Both the position numbers and the translations under genes were made by a program. From NCBI GenBank assembly GCA_000934665.2, contig KZ538059.1, positions 62,001 to 126,000 on the forward strand: a DNA stretch of 64,000 bases, written 5' to 3'. Under the pieces are notes generated by a model. That model saw nothing but the letters and a program-made list of their open reading frames with translations. It was not told the DNA's origin and made no database searches. Positions 13,448-26,900 of the stretch are shown here, one piece after another. How positions within the stretch are numbered: position 1 is the stretch's first letter; the number at the start of each line of letters is the position of its first letter. This DNA comes from Catajapyx aquilonaris (Eukaryota).

Positions 13448-15285
13448 TATCAGGAACATCCTCTATAGACAGTGTCTCCTGCTGCTTTCTTAATTTCTAT
13501 TATACAGTAGTTTCTTTGAATATAGGTCATTTGTAAAGATTGGTTTCGAAAAAAACTGCCACCCCACTAAATGAATCAAAAGGAGTTAAGTCAGGCTACC
13601 ATAATATGGTCGCCACAGATTCTTTGAGATATCTCAATCCTAAAAGAATCTCTGGATTAACTTGGCTTTAGAGGAGACATCGCGTGCAGTCAATTTTGTC
13701 TGGAACTCCGTCTGATTCACACGGTATGACCCGGTAACCCAATAAGTTCGCGCTAGGAACGCATTCTCTTCCCAAGTTATATCGCATGCGCATGGTTCAA
13801 CACTTATAGGGACGCCCAAGGTAATTATGAAGGCAGCCATTGCACTTAAGTATGGCATGGTGAGGTATTTGTATATTTGCATTATTTTGAATTTAAATTG
13901 CCTCACTTAGTTCATATCTGACTACAGTACCCCTTTTATATAATTATAGGAAAATGTCTTGATGTAGCTATTGTTAGTTTGTACGATTGAATCTCTATGC
14001 ATTTTCATTATACTTTTAAGTATAGGCCTATCAATATGTAAATACAGTTTTTCAGTTTTTAAATCTATTTTTTGTCGTGTTTATCCTAATCATATTGTCA
14101 TTTCACAGAATGCCCAACGTTTGAAAGAGGTAAGTACAAATTATGAGGTGAATTCATAACAAAGTTTCATATGTGCCTTCTAATTAATGCAAGCCCAAAT
14201 AATTATGGAGCCCCTCCTGCCAAAAGCATGAAAGAAGACCAAAGAAGACCAGCGAGAATATTTTATAGTATAATTATCATAATATGTGGTATGTACTGTA
14301 CCACACGTCAACACACTTTGTGTCAAAGTTGGTACATGTCTGCCCTTATTTATGGTAATTTTCTGGGTACATACATGCTTGACCTGATATGACTTGTTTG
14401 TGTTGTGTAACCCCAATATTCTTTGGTAGACTTTAGTATGTTTTGGAAAGTCTATTCTCCTAAAGCAACGTGGGTCCATTTAGCAATGATCCCACTGGCA
14501 TGACTCTAACAAGGAAGCTCTTATGCTTTTAACCGTATTACTGTTACCGAATTAATGAGTCCTTGCCCTGCCCTGAAAGACAAAGTTTTGGAACAACACA
14601 AACACAAGTCATTAGATATTGTGCAAAGTAGGGTTTTGTTCTCATAATAATCCGAGGCCCTTCCAGCTCTCCTAGTTTGTATTGCCGTATTCCTCCAGGC
14701 CGTTTTATTATTCCGAATGGAATTTGACCAACAAGAGGAACGTTTTGGAAATCAAAGCGGAGAGCCTCAAAAGTGATGTTCCCTCCATTTTCATCTTCCC
14801 TTGCAGGGCATCAAATCCGAACTTTATAATTGGAATCCTGGTGGGGGTGCACATGCCGTGATTGACAACCTACACAGTCCCGATTCATTAAGGAATTATC
14901 GATCAGACCCCCGTTGCAGACGGTTGAAACCGTTTCTCCGGCTCAGATTCGGCAAATGGTATTCTTTGCTCCAACTGACATGAAAGATTTTCCAAGTTTC
15001 TCTTCTTCTCCGGGGCCAAGTTCTACTCCAGTTATTAAATGCCATAAAGTAAAAGTTTCATACAGAAGCCACAGAGTTTTCCGGCAAGTGTTTCGCAGAA
15101 TCTCATGAATCTTCCCTAGGGGGAATGAAATTCAATAAAACCTCGATGTGAAGCCACTCTTGGCAATGCACTCTTTATCGTCCCTTGCTGCCAATGTCTT
15201 TCTCACTGCACAGTTACTATCCCTCCCAATCAATCAGAGCACGCATCATCTGACCCCACTTTCTTCCCCCATCTTTGCCTTGCAG

Positions 15286-15421
15286 ACTGTGAATTCGAGT
15301 GATCGGCAAGTGGTACTCAAGTCCGTGGATTTGGACAGTTCGGGGGATTATCGCTGTGAAGTGTCGGGAGAAGCACCGTCGTTTCAGACTGTCTCTGAAA
15401 CTGGAGAGATGATCGTTGTCG
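15286..15421 (+). CDS. beat-III: Beat-family Ig protein, coding exon B (C-terminal part of Ig domain 1)
   Basis: Acceptor atctttgccttgcAG at 15284-15285 and donor GTaagt at 15422. Phase 0 in, phase 1 out, in frame with exon A. Translates TVNSSDRQVVLKSVDLDSSGDYRCEVSGEAPSFQTVSETGEMIVV, with the Beat motif SSG.YRCEVS.EAP.F.T and the second Ig1 cysteine. Confidence 0.95.
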
Positions 15422-17789
15422 GTAAGTACCTCTACTCTTCAATCCCTCATTAGGCTACTATTCATTCATCCGGACACAATATGGACGACTGGATGACACA
15501 GAAATTTGTGACACTTTTGAGAAATCAAAGTGATTGCTTTAAAATAAGGCAATTCATCTGCATATACAGTATATGAAGCTTTTATAATATCGTGGGCATA
15601 CAGAAGAAATTCGCTAAGTTTGATCTTTCACTTTCTTACATGATGCTAGAAAACCCTGACCTCATATTGCTTTTTACGCCTATTAGACCAGTCTATAGTG
15701 GTGTAAATGACTCAAAATTGCCACAATTTTCCGGTTCCTCTACATGCCCAAGACATAGAAAACCATGTTTAAATGTTTTGGCTATAAATTTGCTGTCCAC
15801 ATTCCAGTTGTCCATGTCAAAAAAGGATGTGGGCAGATTTCTTTTTTAAGTAGTGCAACCTGGTTTGCGCAGTGCAGTCGAATAAGCCTTGTAAGACGGA
15901 AGTGTGGCACCCCATGGAACAAAGCACCAGCCTGAAGGATTTGGGCCGTGTCGACACTATACACTCCTCAGCTTGAAGCTACGAGGGGAAAGCTCCCTGT
16001 CGAAAGGACCAATTACAGGCTTCTCTCGCCGAGCGATCGGTTCCATTTTTGCCAGCGAAGCATTACCCTCGTCTCCTAGCCATCGGCAACTGCTAATTGC
16101 CTCGACTCATATAACACACTTGCTCGACAACTCGATCCGAACCCGTTCCGAATGGTACTTGAAACCCATTACGGTACAGCCTGGGTGATATCCGGGGCCC
16201 TGTCATTAATAAATGCGGTTCAAATCTGCCTGCACTACCGAATGAAGTCATTAGAGCTGAGTGAATAGAATCTAGCGATTCTAGACCCGGTTCTAAGGCA
16301 ATCCACCCCCACCCCCCTCCTCACCCCTGTTCTTCTCAGCCCAAGATTGCTAGTCACGCAAAGTGCCGAAGTAAAAGACAGCATACAGCCGTAAAGAGTT
16401 CCAAAAGGGGACATGTAATGGAATTCTTGGCCCATCCCTCTATAAGGAAGCATTTACGAGGGAACTTTTCTTCTACAATAATGGAGTTTGACGTTCTCTC
16501 CTGCACGTTTCCCTCTTCCCAGCTTACAGCCGCAGACTGCAGTACTAAAAACGGGCCTCCTCAAGACTCCCATTTCCCTTACCTGCCTGAGAAAAAAGGC
16601 TCTTCTCTTCCCGCATTAAGAACCACGGCCCCGACGCTTCTTGGGGGGGGGGGGGGNAGACGTTTTTTTTTTTCTTTTCTTGCACTCCGGTGCACTGGAT
16701 GAGGGAAAAAGACAGCCTGCTGCGTTTTTCGCATCGTGGAAAGTGAGCCGCGGATCTATGATTGCAGATGAGAGATAGCTTCATTAACGGTCCATTGTTG
16801 TGAGTAACGCCTGTTTCGCACGGAACCAAAAAGCCGATATAGTTCGCTTCAAATTCAACACACAGGAGAGACTGATAAATAAGCTTGTTCTTTCAAAAAT
16901 TATGATATCAGTGCAGCCTATTTACATATTAGGGGCCTTTCTATAGTTGATTTTACAATATTATTTTTTAGATGTGCTACTCGTTGGCTTTAATAGTTCT
17001 GTAACTGTTAAATTGTTCGTACCGTAATCAGAAAAAAATTGTCTATCTATTACTATCATTATGTGAATCGTTTAAAAAAATACACTGCTCTCTAAATTGG
17101 AACTGTTGATAAAACGGCTTCATTCATTTACTGAACACTCACAGAGCACGTATAAAATGATGAAAAAACTTGTTAGTACTCCAGTTATCAAGCATTCAGT
17201 GTTGACAAGAGTGATGAGAGCATTTATGTTTCAAATGAAAATCATCGAGAACCAAGCCAGGAATGCACTTGACAGCATTTAGCGTCAAGTCCTATTATGT
17301 AGCATTAATCAGTAAGCGATATCTCCTACAAACTCTGCAGGATGTTTCAACTACATTTGCCGCATTAGTCTGGCACTAATCTGCTTATTAACAGTTCACA
17401 TTTCAAGGGTCAGCAAATATGCAACTGGTAAAGTTGGCTTGAATGGAAGCGATCTTCTTAACCACTGCGGTGTACTGAAAAAAACGGGTTTCAATCCATC
17501 AATTCTGTTGAAATTGTTCCAGTGGACTATTACCAATGCATCAAATGCTATTTTAGTTATAAGTATGTTAGTTTATTTTGGGTGTGTTAGTGTATATGGT
17601 ACTGAAAAAATGCTAACATTTCATTTAGATTTGCAGTGAATGTTTTTTTAGTAACCTTAAGCCATAAAGCATATTAGGCCTAATATTCTGGCAAAAATAA
17701 TTTAAAATATATAGTTTCATTCATACATTTATCACTAAACTTAAATGGTCCCGATTAGAGCGAATGTCCAACCAATGAGCTATGCATAC

Positions 17790-17938
17790 CAAGGGGGGTA
17801 ATCACTCGACTGAAAAGTGTACACTGGAGTACCAAATTCAAGGAGCACCAAGGAGTAATAAAGAGTGAGGTACCTGAGGAGTACCAGGGAGTACCACTCG
17901 CAGGTTTACACAAGAGGACCGAAGTGATTACCCCCTTG
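17790..17938. mobile_element. hAT-type MITE, copy 1 (149 bp)
   Basis: TIRs caaggggggtaatcact / agtgattacccccttg, a perfect 8-bp TSD ATGCATAC (17782-17789 and 17939-17946), and internal GGAGTACC-like repeats. Confidence 0.88.
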
Positions 17939-20900
17939 ATGCATACTCTCCAGAAATTCCGCCATGAAGTAATAGCATCTGAGTTGCCCATTTCATCATC
18001 TGAGCACCATCGCGTCGCCGCCTGTTTTTCTTGAGCTTAAAAACCGCGTGTCACACACGCTTCTCCCATTTTAATTTCAACTTTTCAAACTCCCGGTCTC
18101 ATGTCCAAAAAAAAAGTGCATCGCTGTACATGGCTGTACCACAGGTCACAAAACACCACTGTCGACTCATTAAATCAAAGGTTTCTCAGTTGGCCTTCCA
18201 CTCTGCCTCATCCTTTCAACACCAGTGCAGCACTAGAGGCAGAACTCGGCGTGACTCCTTTAATTAAGGGAGGGCTGGGTGCAGGCCTAAAAACAGGGCA
18301 GTGAAAAACGAGGAGGGTAAGGGTGCACCTTGGTCTCTTATTGCTCTGGCCGTCGTCGAATCCGCAGCAAAGCAAAGCTATACGAGCATACAATTCCAAG
18401 CCTTCCCCCCCCCCCTCTCTCTCTCTACCTCCCCCCTACCCTACCAACGTGCAAATCTCGACTTCTGGGGATTGGCCGTGGAGGCGGGGGATTTTAGGTC
18501 TGAAACACAGCGCCGGCAGTTACAGCTCAGGCAGATGACGCCACTGGACGCCTCTAATGCTAGGGATAGACTCATCTCGAGCCTTGCCTCTCAGATCCTG
18601 CTTCTGCAAACACACACCTCCGCCTGCGTTTATATCCCAATTCTCACTCCCCGGTTCAAGGCGTCCTTTCATTTCACACCTATTTACATATTCGGGCTTT
18701 ACATTGCTTTTGCTGCACTGATGCTCTTAATGTGCTGGAGCCTATCTTATCGAAATTGGTTCGTCAATGTTTGCACGGCTATGTGGGGGATTAGAAGTTT
18801 ATCATAATATCCTGATGGCATAATGGTGTTAACACTTGGGCATTAGAATAATGGTTGAAAGTGACGGGGAACAATCTTATTAGAAGGCGGGCCTATAGTG
18901 CGTTGTGTGGAGGGTGTTTCAGGTGTGTTGGTTGCTCGGGAGAGATCCACAAAGTCCCAAAAACTAGTTTTGAGATACTCCAAAACAAAGATTTAATATT
19001 GCACTTGCTTACATGCTAGTAAAGGCAGAAAATTATGACTGTCTGGCTCATTATAAATATTTAGTTCACCCAGGCTATAGAGAAGAAAAACTAAATACAC
19101 TTATAATTGAACTTATTATATTTTTCCTGCTTACCGACGAAATACAGAAATTATTTGCAGTCGGAAATGCATGAAATTGCTGTTGAAAGCGTTTTCATTT
19201 TTAAAATAATTATGTTTATTCTTGAACCGTAGCCCAGCACTCCTTTAAAACGTGCCGATTTTCCCGTGCTCTTCCGGACTAAAGGTAGTGGCAGTGGAAA
19301 TTAAGTTACATACCTGTTCACGCCAAACTAAACACTTTTGCCTCCTGAACCTGTTATAACTGGCATAGTACAGTGCTTTGTACTGTAGGCATATTTCAAT
19401 AATATGTTTTAGGGGAGGGTAGGCCACTATTTTTTCTGGTTGTATGAACGCGCATTAAGTGAAACTCTCATGTATACAAATATTCAGAAAACTAATTTAA
19501 TAATAATAATTTTGATGTTGTCACATACAGAAATGAGGCACAATAATGCTCAAAGCCCTTATCAAGCTGGCACATGTAGGCCTCTCGCAGACAAGCTCGA
19601 TAGCCACTGAGCCATAATATTTCACAATATCCTCATTTCACGTCAAATAAAACGTGGCCTAATTTTGTATAATTAAACATCTGCATGTGAGAGAGGCTTA
19701 CAGTATATAACCCGAGAGCTTCCCAAAATATGTGAAAAGTTTAGAGCGTCCATAAAAGTACGTTGCGTCGTTAGTCAACGTAAAGAAAATTACGAACCGA
19801 AAGGCAGTCAAGTGCTATGCAGAGGCATTCCGGTCTACGCATTTTTGCAAATTGAATTCCTTAACATGACAATAACATGGTGTTTACTGCAGTATTTAAA
19901 TGAAAAAAAATCTTGAAATAAATGTGTGTGGGGGGGGGGGGGGGGTGCTANTTTTATCACATACGAGTCCGGAGAGAATCAGCTTGCAAAAGTTTGGTGT
20001 TGATTTATGCCACTTGAATGCATACGTACAGTAAGAATCTGGCACAGTTATTTTTATGAAAAGTTGTTACCATAGCGTTAGTTTCCTCGAGAACAAGCAT
20101 TTCTCCAGGCCTTCTTGAAATTCCTCCTAAATTAATATAATTAGGCGCTGCATTCATGCCGAGTTGGTGCGGTGATTTCAATGTGATTAAAATATTGCAC
20201 ACTCCGGTGCGTTGAACATTTCCAGTATTCATGAGGACTTTTAATTTGTTTCTCTTACACACTACGTCATGCCAATGACTTCTAACCATCGATCGAGCAT
20301 AATGCATTTTTGTTTTTACCCCCCTCGTTTCATTTGACATTCCTTTAGCGAGTCAACTGTAGTCAAAGCAAAATCCAAAGCCCAGGCACATGCGGATAAA
20401 CATGAACTTCCCGACCTGTACAGCACTCGAAATGGTCCATTTGATATTTTGGGTGTTCCCTCCCAAATAAAAATCGCGGGAATAAGTCCATCGCGAGGTA
20501 GGAACCGTAAAAGCGGCGGAAACGAATTGTCATATTGCGGATTTAGCATTGCAAATTTGTTCACTATCAACAGTGAATGGATTGGCGCCAGTACCACAGG
20601 CATCCATTAGTTGGCGGGACCGCTGCTGTCAAGGATCAAATATTTACATGATAAGAGACACGGAATAAAATTAAACGTGACCGGCACACACACACACACA
20701 AAATAGATGTCTGCATCAGAATATTATCTCTAAGTAAAAATGGCTTCATTATTTAGGGCCAATCCGCAATTTTATCTTTGCCGAACACAATTCTTAATCT
20801 CTCAATCCTGTTCCCGTTCGTGTTCTTTTTCCAGGCACCATCTCGTTTCAGTTCTGGTCTTAATTTCCGGCTTCTCTTCCCCAATTTCCTGTCCTTTTTT

Positions 20901-23900
20901 TTTAGGACATTCATTTTTTTCCACCCACCCCCATCCACCCTATCCGAACTGGGCTGCATTCCTCACATTCGCAAGGTATCGATTACAGGATATGTTTTGT
21001 GTTAACACAAAAGAATTTTTACAGCCCCCTTGTACAAACTAGACAGGTTGAAAAAAGATGAGTGGGAAGCAAAATGACAAGATTCCCATCGGGGACCTGG
21101 GCTTTTGAAATATAAAGTCCTAGAACGTATCACATTAATAATTTGTCGTTATCACAAGTATCGTCGCTATGTCGTTTAATAGCTGCTGCTTCTAGCTGAA
21201 GCACCTCGGGCTAATCGTTAAAAGCGATTGTTCCGGGTACCATTTTTGTAACCGTCTCCTTGTCGACCGTCAAGAGACTGTAATAAAATTCAAGAGGCAT
21301 GTCGCATAGGCTCGTAAAAAATAAGTTCAGAATGCGTCACTAAGGACAAGCAAGGTACAGGTTCATACAGGATGCTTTTTGCTAAAAATTAAACCTTATT
21401 GAAATGTCGGCATTTCATCCGGATCTAAAGCTCCGCAAGTGCTCCTTCAGGGCACGTATTTTGAAAGCGGGCCGGCAGTTCCATCAGTCATCTTAGGTCC
21501 CGGAACCGCGATTCCGGAGATGAAACAACACGACGCAAATAACCCCAACGGTGACTGGCCAGCAATTCTGAGGCCCAAAGCCACTTCAATCCAAAAGCAG
21601 CACGGCCTCATAACAGTAACTTGGGTTCCCAGAATGGTAGGCCTGATCCTGGTATTAAGGCCCCGAAAAAATAAGGGAAGCGGAGAACCCTTGCCCCTAA
21701 GGCGCTGATAGTCTAACCCGTAGGTAGCGTCTGCGCGGAATAAAAGTTGGAGCTAAACGATGGCAAGGAGGCGGTTAATTGGTCAGCAGAGCGGTCACTT
21801 CCTGATTGGGGTGCCCTGGGATGAGACCCCGAGGAGACGATTCTCCTCTCTCTGCCAGGAGAGATGGGTTCGCCCCGAGGCCGTTACAGGAAGGCCCTTT
21901 GCCTATAGACTGCCCCTAACTGCATTCTCTAGCATGGTAGCTCCACCGAACACTAAGATGGCGCCACTGCAGCTTCTTCAATGAGTTGCCATCATTCGTG
22001 TTCCTACATTAAATCCGCGCCTCTGGAAGCATTAGCACAATAGATCGATAATCATCTCTGAGCTTTCCTGGGGATGATGTGAAAGCACTGTTTGTGCTTA
22101 CCTAATTAATTATTATGGAAGAGAACCTAACTATAGCGCCATGCTTCCATACATCCATTGGAAGGCATTTCTCGTCGTAATTAGCGGACTAACTTGCCAA
22201 CCTGACGCAGTTTCACAATCATTTCAATGAGAAGCTGTGAGCTAACCCTGGACGATTCATGACTCACTTATAAGCACAGATGAGCACCGGTTGCTGTGTG
22301 TAAATCCATCTCCCTTCAAAACGCGCTTGAATCTAGGACCTCACCTGCAACACGCAGCCTTGACGTAAATCGCCCCGGACAATGTAGGTCAATTCTGGCC
22401 ATTTATGCAAAACCGACAAATGCATTTCCCCATCACGTTAATTCAGCACATTTTTCAGCCGGAAAAAAAGCCTCCCCCAATCATATTAAAATGTTTAACC
22501 TAGTTCCAAATATGGATAAAAGAACCCGCCCGCTCTCATCTCCCTTAGTCAAAAATTAATCCCATCCAGCTATCAGCTGACATAAAATTTATCGATGCGC
22601 AACGGTTACAAGTATGGCACTTTTCGAAACAAGCGGCGTGCCTCGCCATTCCTTTGAAGCCAGGCTTTTATCCCGCGTGTTAATTACACAAGTCACTACA
22701 ACATGCGATCCCACATCCTGGGATTCATTATGATGGTGACGCAGATGTCACGGGTCCAGCATCCAGGCCAGCAAACACAATGTGTGTGGGCCATGCCACC
22801 AGCACTCGACAGCAACCACCCTCCCTTTTTGTGCCTGTGTTTTTTTTATATCCACCCCAGCCTACTTTCCCCACTGACGTTTATTAAGCATGTACTAATT
22901 ATACGGGGCTCCCTGCAAAATGTTATGTTAGTGAATAGCCCACCTCTCAAAAGTTATTCCAGCCACCGAGAATCACCATTCGTTACGTTAGGGCTGCCCT
23001 CCTAGGGAAATTAATGGGGGAGAGTGTATTTGAATAAATCAACAGAAATGAACAACTAGTTTCTCTTTTGACTCATTTTGTACTTGCCTTGTCGATGTTA
23101 CATGTCGGTAGATTTTAATGCTAGTTTACTATGGGTGGCCAAAAATATATCTGATCATATAATAATTATGCCGTCAATATTTATGTATACGGTGTACAGT
23201 ATCTGCACGTTACAATCCTGAAATACGTACATTGGCTATATTTGGCCTTGCAGTTTCTCATAAATTGCATCCTACAGTATATGTTTACACTCATAATATT
23301 ATAACGCTTTGTTGATTTCGGAGACGCAAATATGTGTTGCTGGCTACGCAAAGAGTTTCTATTTTTTCCCCTCCCGAAACAAATCAACTCAGCCTTCTTT
23401 CAAAAGTTGCGTGCATTTCAATAATAGTCTACTATTAGCAGTGTAACAAGAAAATTATTATCATCGCAACAATTCATGCTGTACAGTGAAACAGTTTCCG
23501 TAGCAGGAATTCCAATGTGTAAAGTAATTTGCAATTATATCCAATAACTGTATTGGGCACTTTTTAATTCGTGCTATTATTAGCAATCCGGCTTTACGAT
23601 GAATATTGTACATCAGCATGTCTGAAGCATGTCAGTGAATGAAAGGGATACTGTAGAACTTCTCCGTGCTAAATTATGCTCTAGCTTGATCCATTGCAAA
23701 ATTTATTAAATAGAACTGCGGCAGCATCTAGAAATAGCAGCTGGCCCTTCTTGGGGATTAGATCTTTGCCACATTGCGGCGCACGCTGCCATTGTAAAGC
23801 TCCATTACAGTGTTCATTAGCTCTTAAAATTATATCACGCAATTTGCGGTTTAATACTGTATAACTTATTCGAGTAGACCTATAATTTCAGCGTGTGTCA

Positions 23901-26900
23901 AGAAGTAGAGTCGTTAATGCTGAACTGCGATATCGTTCGCGTCTCGTAATATTCCACTTATATTTGACTACACCGGTACTTTGGTTTGGAACCCCTAGGT
24001 GACAATCTGAAAATCACACGCCGAGAAAGGCAAGTTTTTACCACCGGTCAATCCTCTCCAGACCGGCAACCCAATGCATTTTTCAACCTGCTACAACCGA
24101 CCCATCTCCCGATCTCCTGAATCTCAAATAACGAGGCTCGCAGGCAGCACCGCCGCCTTCCCACTCCCTCCCCCACATTCCCTTCCCCACTCCCTGAAGC
24201 TCTTGAAGGCAACATCATCAACGGCCCATCCCATCCCTTCCTGGCCTCTCCTCATCTTCCCATCAAGCTGCCTTATCCATCTCAAGCATCTCTTCTCCAG
24301 CACTCCAAGCCCCATTGGACCCAACATCAAGGCCCTCTACGCCATTGCGTCATGCCATCCGGTACTGTAGGGTACGGGTACCCAACTGCAAAAAGTGTTG
24401 GCCAACTGTACTGCTCATTGAACAATTTGATCATCCATATTTATAGAGCGGCATACGCTGGTGTTCAGCGTTCGGCGCCATCTTGGACGCTAGCTCGTGG
24501 CCACCCCTCGTACCGGTCCAAAAAAAAACCGTTGGGCGCCCGGCCTTCCAAAAAAACTGATCCCACCCCCCCCCGTCGACGACATGTTGAGGTGTTTGGC
24601 ACCCGATGCAACACAAGCGGACCGAAATGCCATTGGGCTGTCAACACATTGACGCCGCCGGATGAGGTGGAAAAAAAAATCTGCACGATGTGAAGCGGAA
24701 ATGGCCATCCGTGCATTTCCATGCAAATACACTCTGATGGAGATATAGGCCGTCGGACTGCATGTGAAAGCGGTTCTGAAAAATCGCTGTTAATGCCCTG
24801 CTATTCTAGTTTATAGCCCAGCAGGACGTAAAGGTTGAGGGCTGGGGTGGTGAGGGTGGGAACCCTCCCTGTTAGTTTTACCCCTTTTTCAAGCTTGGAT
24901 TGAAACACATCCCGCATGACCTGCATGTGACCCGGCCTGGTATGAAAAACTACCGGGCCAAAATATAATTAGCAGAGGAATTGCTTTCCCATCTTATGCC
25001 TGTCATATCGCGAAATTGAATCGTCCACTGAACGTCGATCGGCGGTGGGCTAATTGTAATTTACAAACCGGAAAACGCGCCTCTATGATAAGCAAAGCGT
25101 AGGTCAAATTTATGAGGACAGTCAAAGCTTCGCCACGCCTGTCCCGAGTGGCTTGCTTTAATTTATTGCTCAATTATTGGAGGCACAGGGTTTGCTTAGC
25201 CTAATCCATTTGTTAGCGCAAAGCACCTTGGTACTTACCCTTTTTTTCACACCACCCTGGTTTTCGAGGGGATTTGTATGATTTACGCGTAATGTATAGT
25301 CATGTTTGCAAAAAGGTGGCCCATTCTAGACATATTAATAACGCACCCATGCTTGCAAATGGTGTCACCGGGTCATGCCTGATTGTTGTCTAGACTATCT
25401 AGAGAAGAGCAAAGCGTATGTCAACAAGGTTTAGCCCATTTTCCATGTCAAAAAAATTCTTAGTGTACACTCAGTACAAATCCGGTTCGGATTATTTGTC
25501 TCCAAACGTCATTTTTCGACCTGACACTTCCTCCTCCTGAAAAGCTGTCCTTTTGGTCTGCCATTAGCCATGCCAAGTTGGCAACATTTCCAGCCGGCAG
25601 ATGGCTGAAAGACGCTGCCAAAGTGCTAAGCTTCCCACCATAACTCTGGTCTGCATTTTCCATATATTGAATAGCTTCTCGACCTGGGAGTGGATAGAAG
25701 ACGAAGAGGGTAGGAAGGGCGGGGGGGCTTAAAAAAAGAAAGAAAAAACAGAGTGCACCCCCATCACTTCCTTCTAGGGGAAAAAAATGCCTCCCCAAGT
25801 TCTTCAGGTTTCCTCAAACCATCTCTGTGGCATATTTCCCTTTACGCTTTCACCTTCGACTCTCCCAGGCGATGCACGAACTCCCTTCAAAACCTCCTCC
25901 CCACCACCCTTAAAAGGCTTCCCGTCCGACCCCCGCCTTGGTCTCCCCCCTAGTTCCCCCGCCATCCCCTACTCCCCCCCAATATTCTGAGTGCGGGCGG
26001 CAAATGGAAAGTCGCTCTGCAGTGTTTTAATGCGAATCACTTTTGCCTGCGGAATGAATTTCGGACTGATTGCCAGCATGCGTTTCAGGAAACCGCTGGA
26101 AGTAGATGTAGGGCTGGGGGTATTGCTTCTTGTTCAAAAGCGTGTTTTATGTCCACCATAAAAACCCATTGCTCTGCCTTTTCTTCAATCTGATTTTACG
26201 CCGATTTTAACCGGGTATATGCAACATTCAGATGCCACGCTGCAGTGTGCGTTACATTTTCTACTGTGAGGGTGCACCATGCTGATGTAATAGAAGTTAC
26301 AAAAACAGTGCCATCCCTTGCCATATCGTTTTATGATATGAAGGAAATTTAAATTTTAGCATAATCAGCTAATAATTTCTTTCTTTTACAACATCGTATT
26401 ACTCTGGGACGTTCTCTGAAAAAGGATCATCAAGTGTCTTCTGTACAGGCGAGTGGCGACAATACATCAGAGAGAAAGCGGCTTCATTTTCAAGGTGGAC
26501 TGTGTTGCGCCTGATTGTTATACTTCCAATTATTGGGCAGGGGTGTTGTTCCGTACTGTTCAGGATGAATCAGTGAGTGTTGACTGATGAATTACATTAT
26601 CCGGCTGTAAGTCACGTGATCCCCCATCGCATAAATGGCATAACCCGGAAATGAAGTATTTGATGAAAAAATTATTTTTGTTCTACATGAATGGGAATTG
26701 TTTCGTGAGAAAGAATAGAAAATAGCTTGGTGCTTTTTTTATTCCCGCGTGCAAAGGCAAATGTTTATACTGCTTTTTTAGTGTGCTCTATAAATGTTTT
26801 GGCTGTGCGCTTTTATTGCTCTCCGCCCCTAATTACCGTAATTTTTATGGCGCAATCAGAACATCGAAAGTAATTGTTATGGCGAGGAAATTGATGTATC

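Noticed and set aside
16643..16657. Poly-G runs with a single N in or beside them (also at 19951, 56009 and 63236)
   Set aside because: Most likely sequencing or assembly uncertainty at G homopolymers, so run lengths are unreliable.
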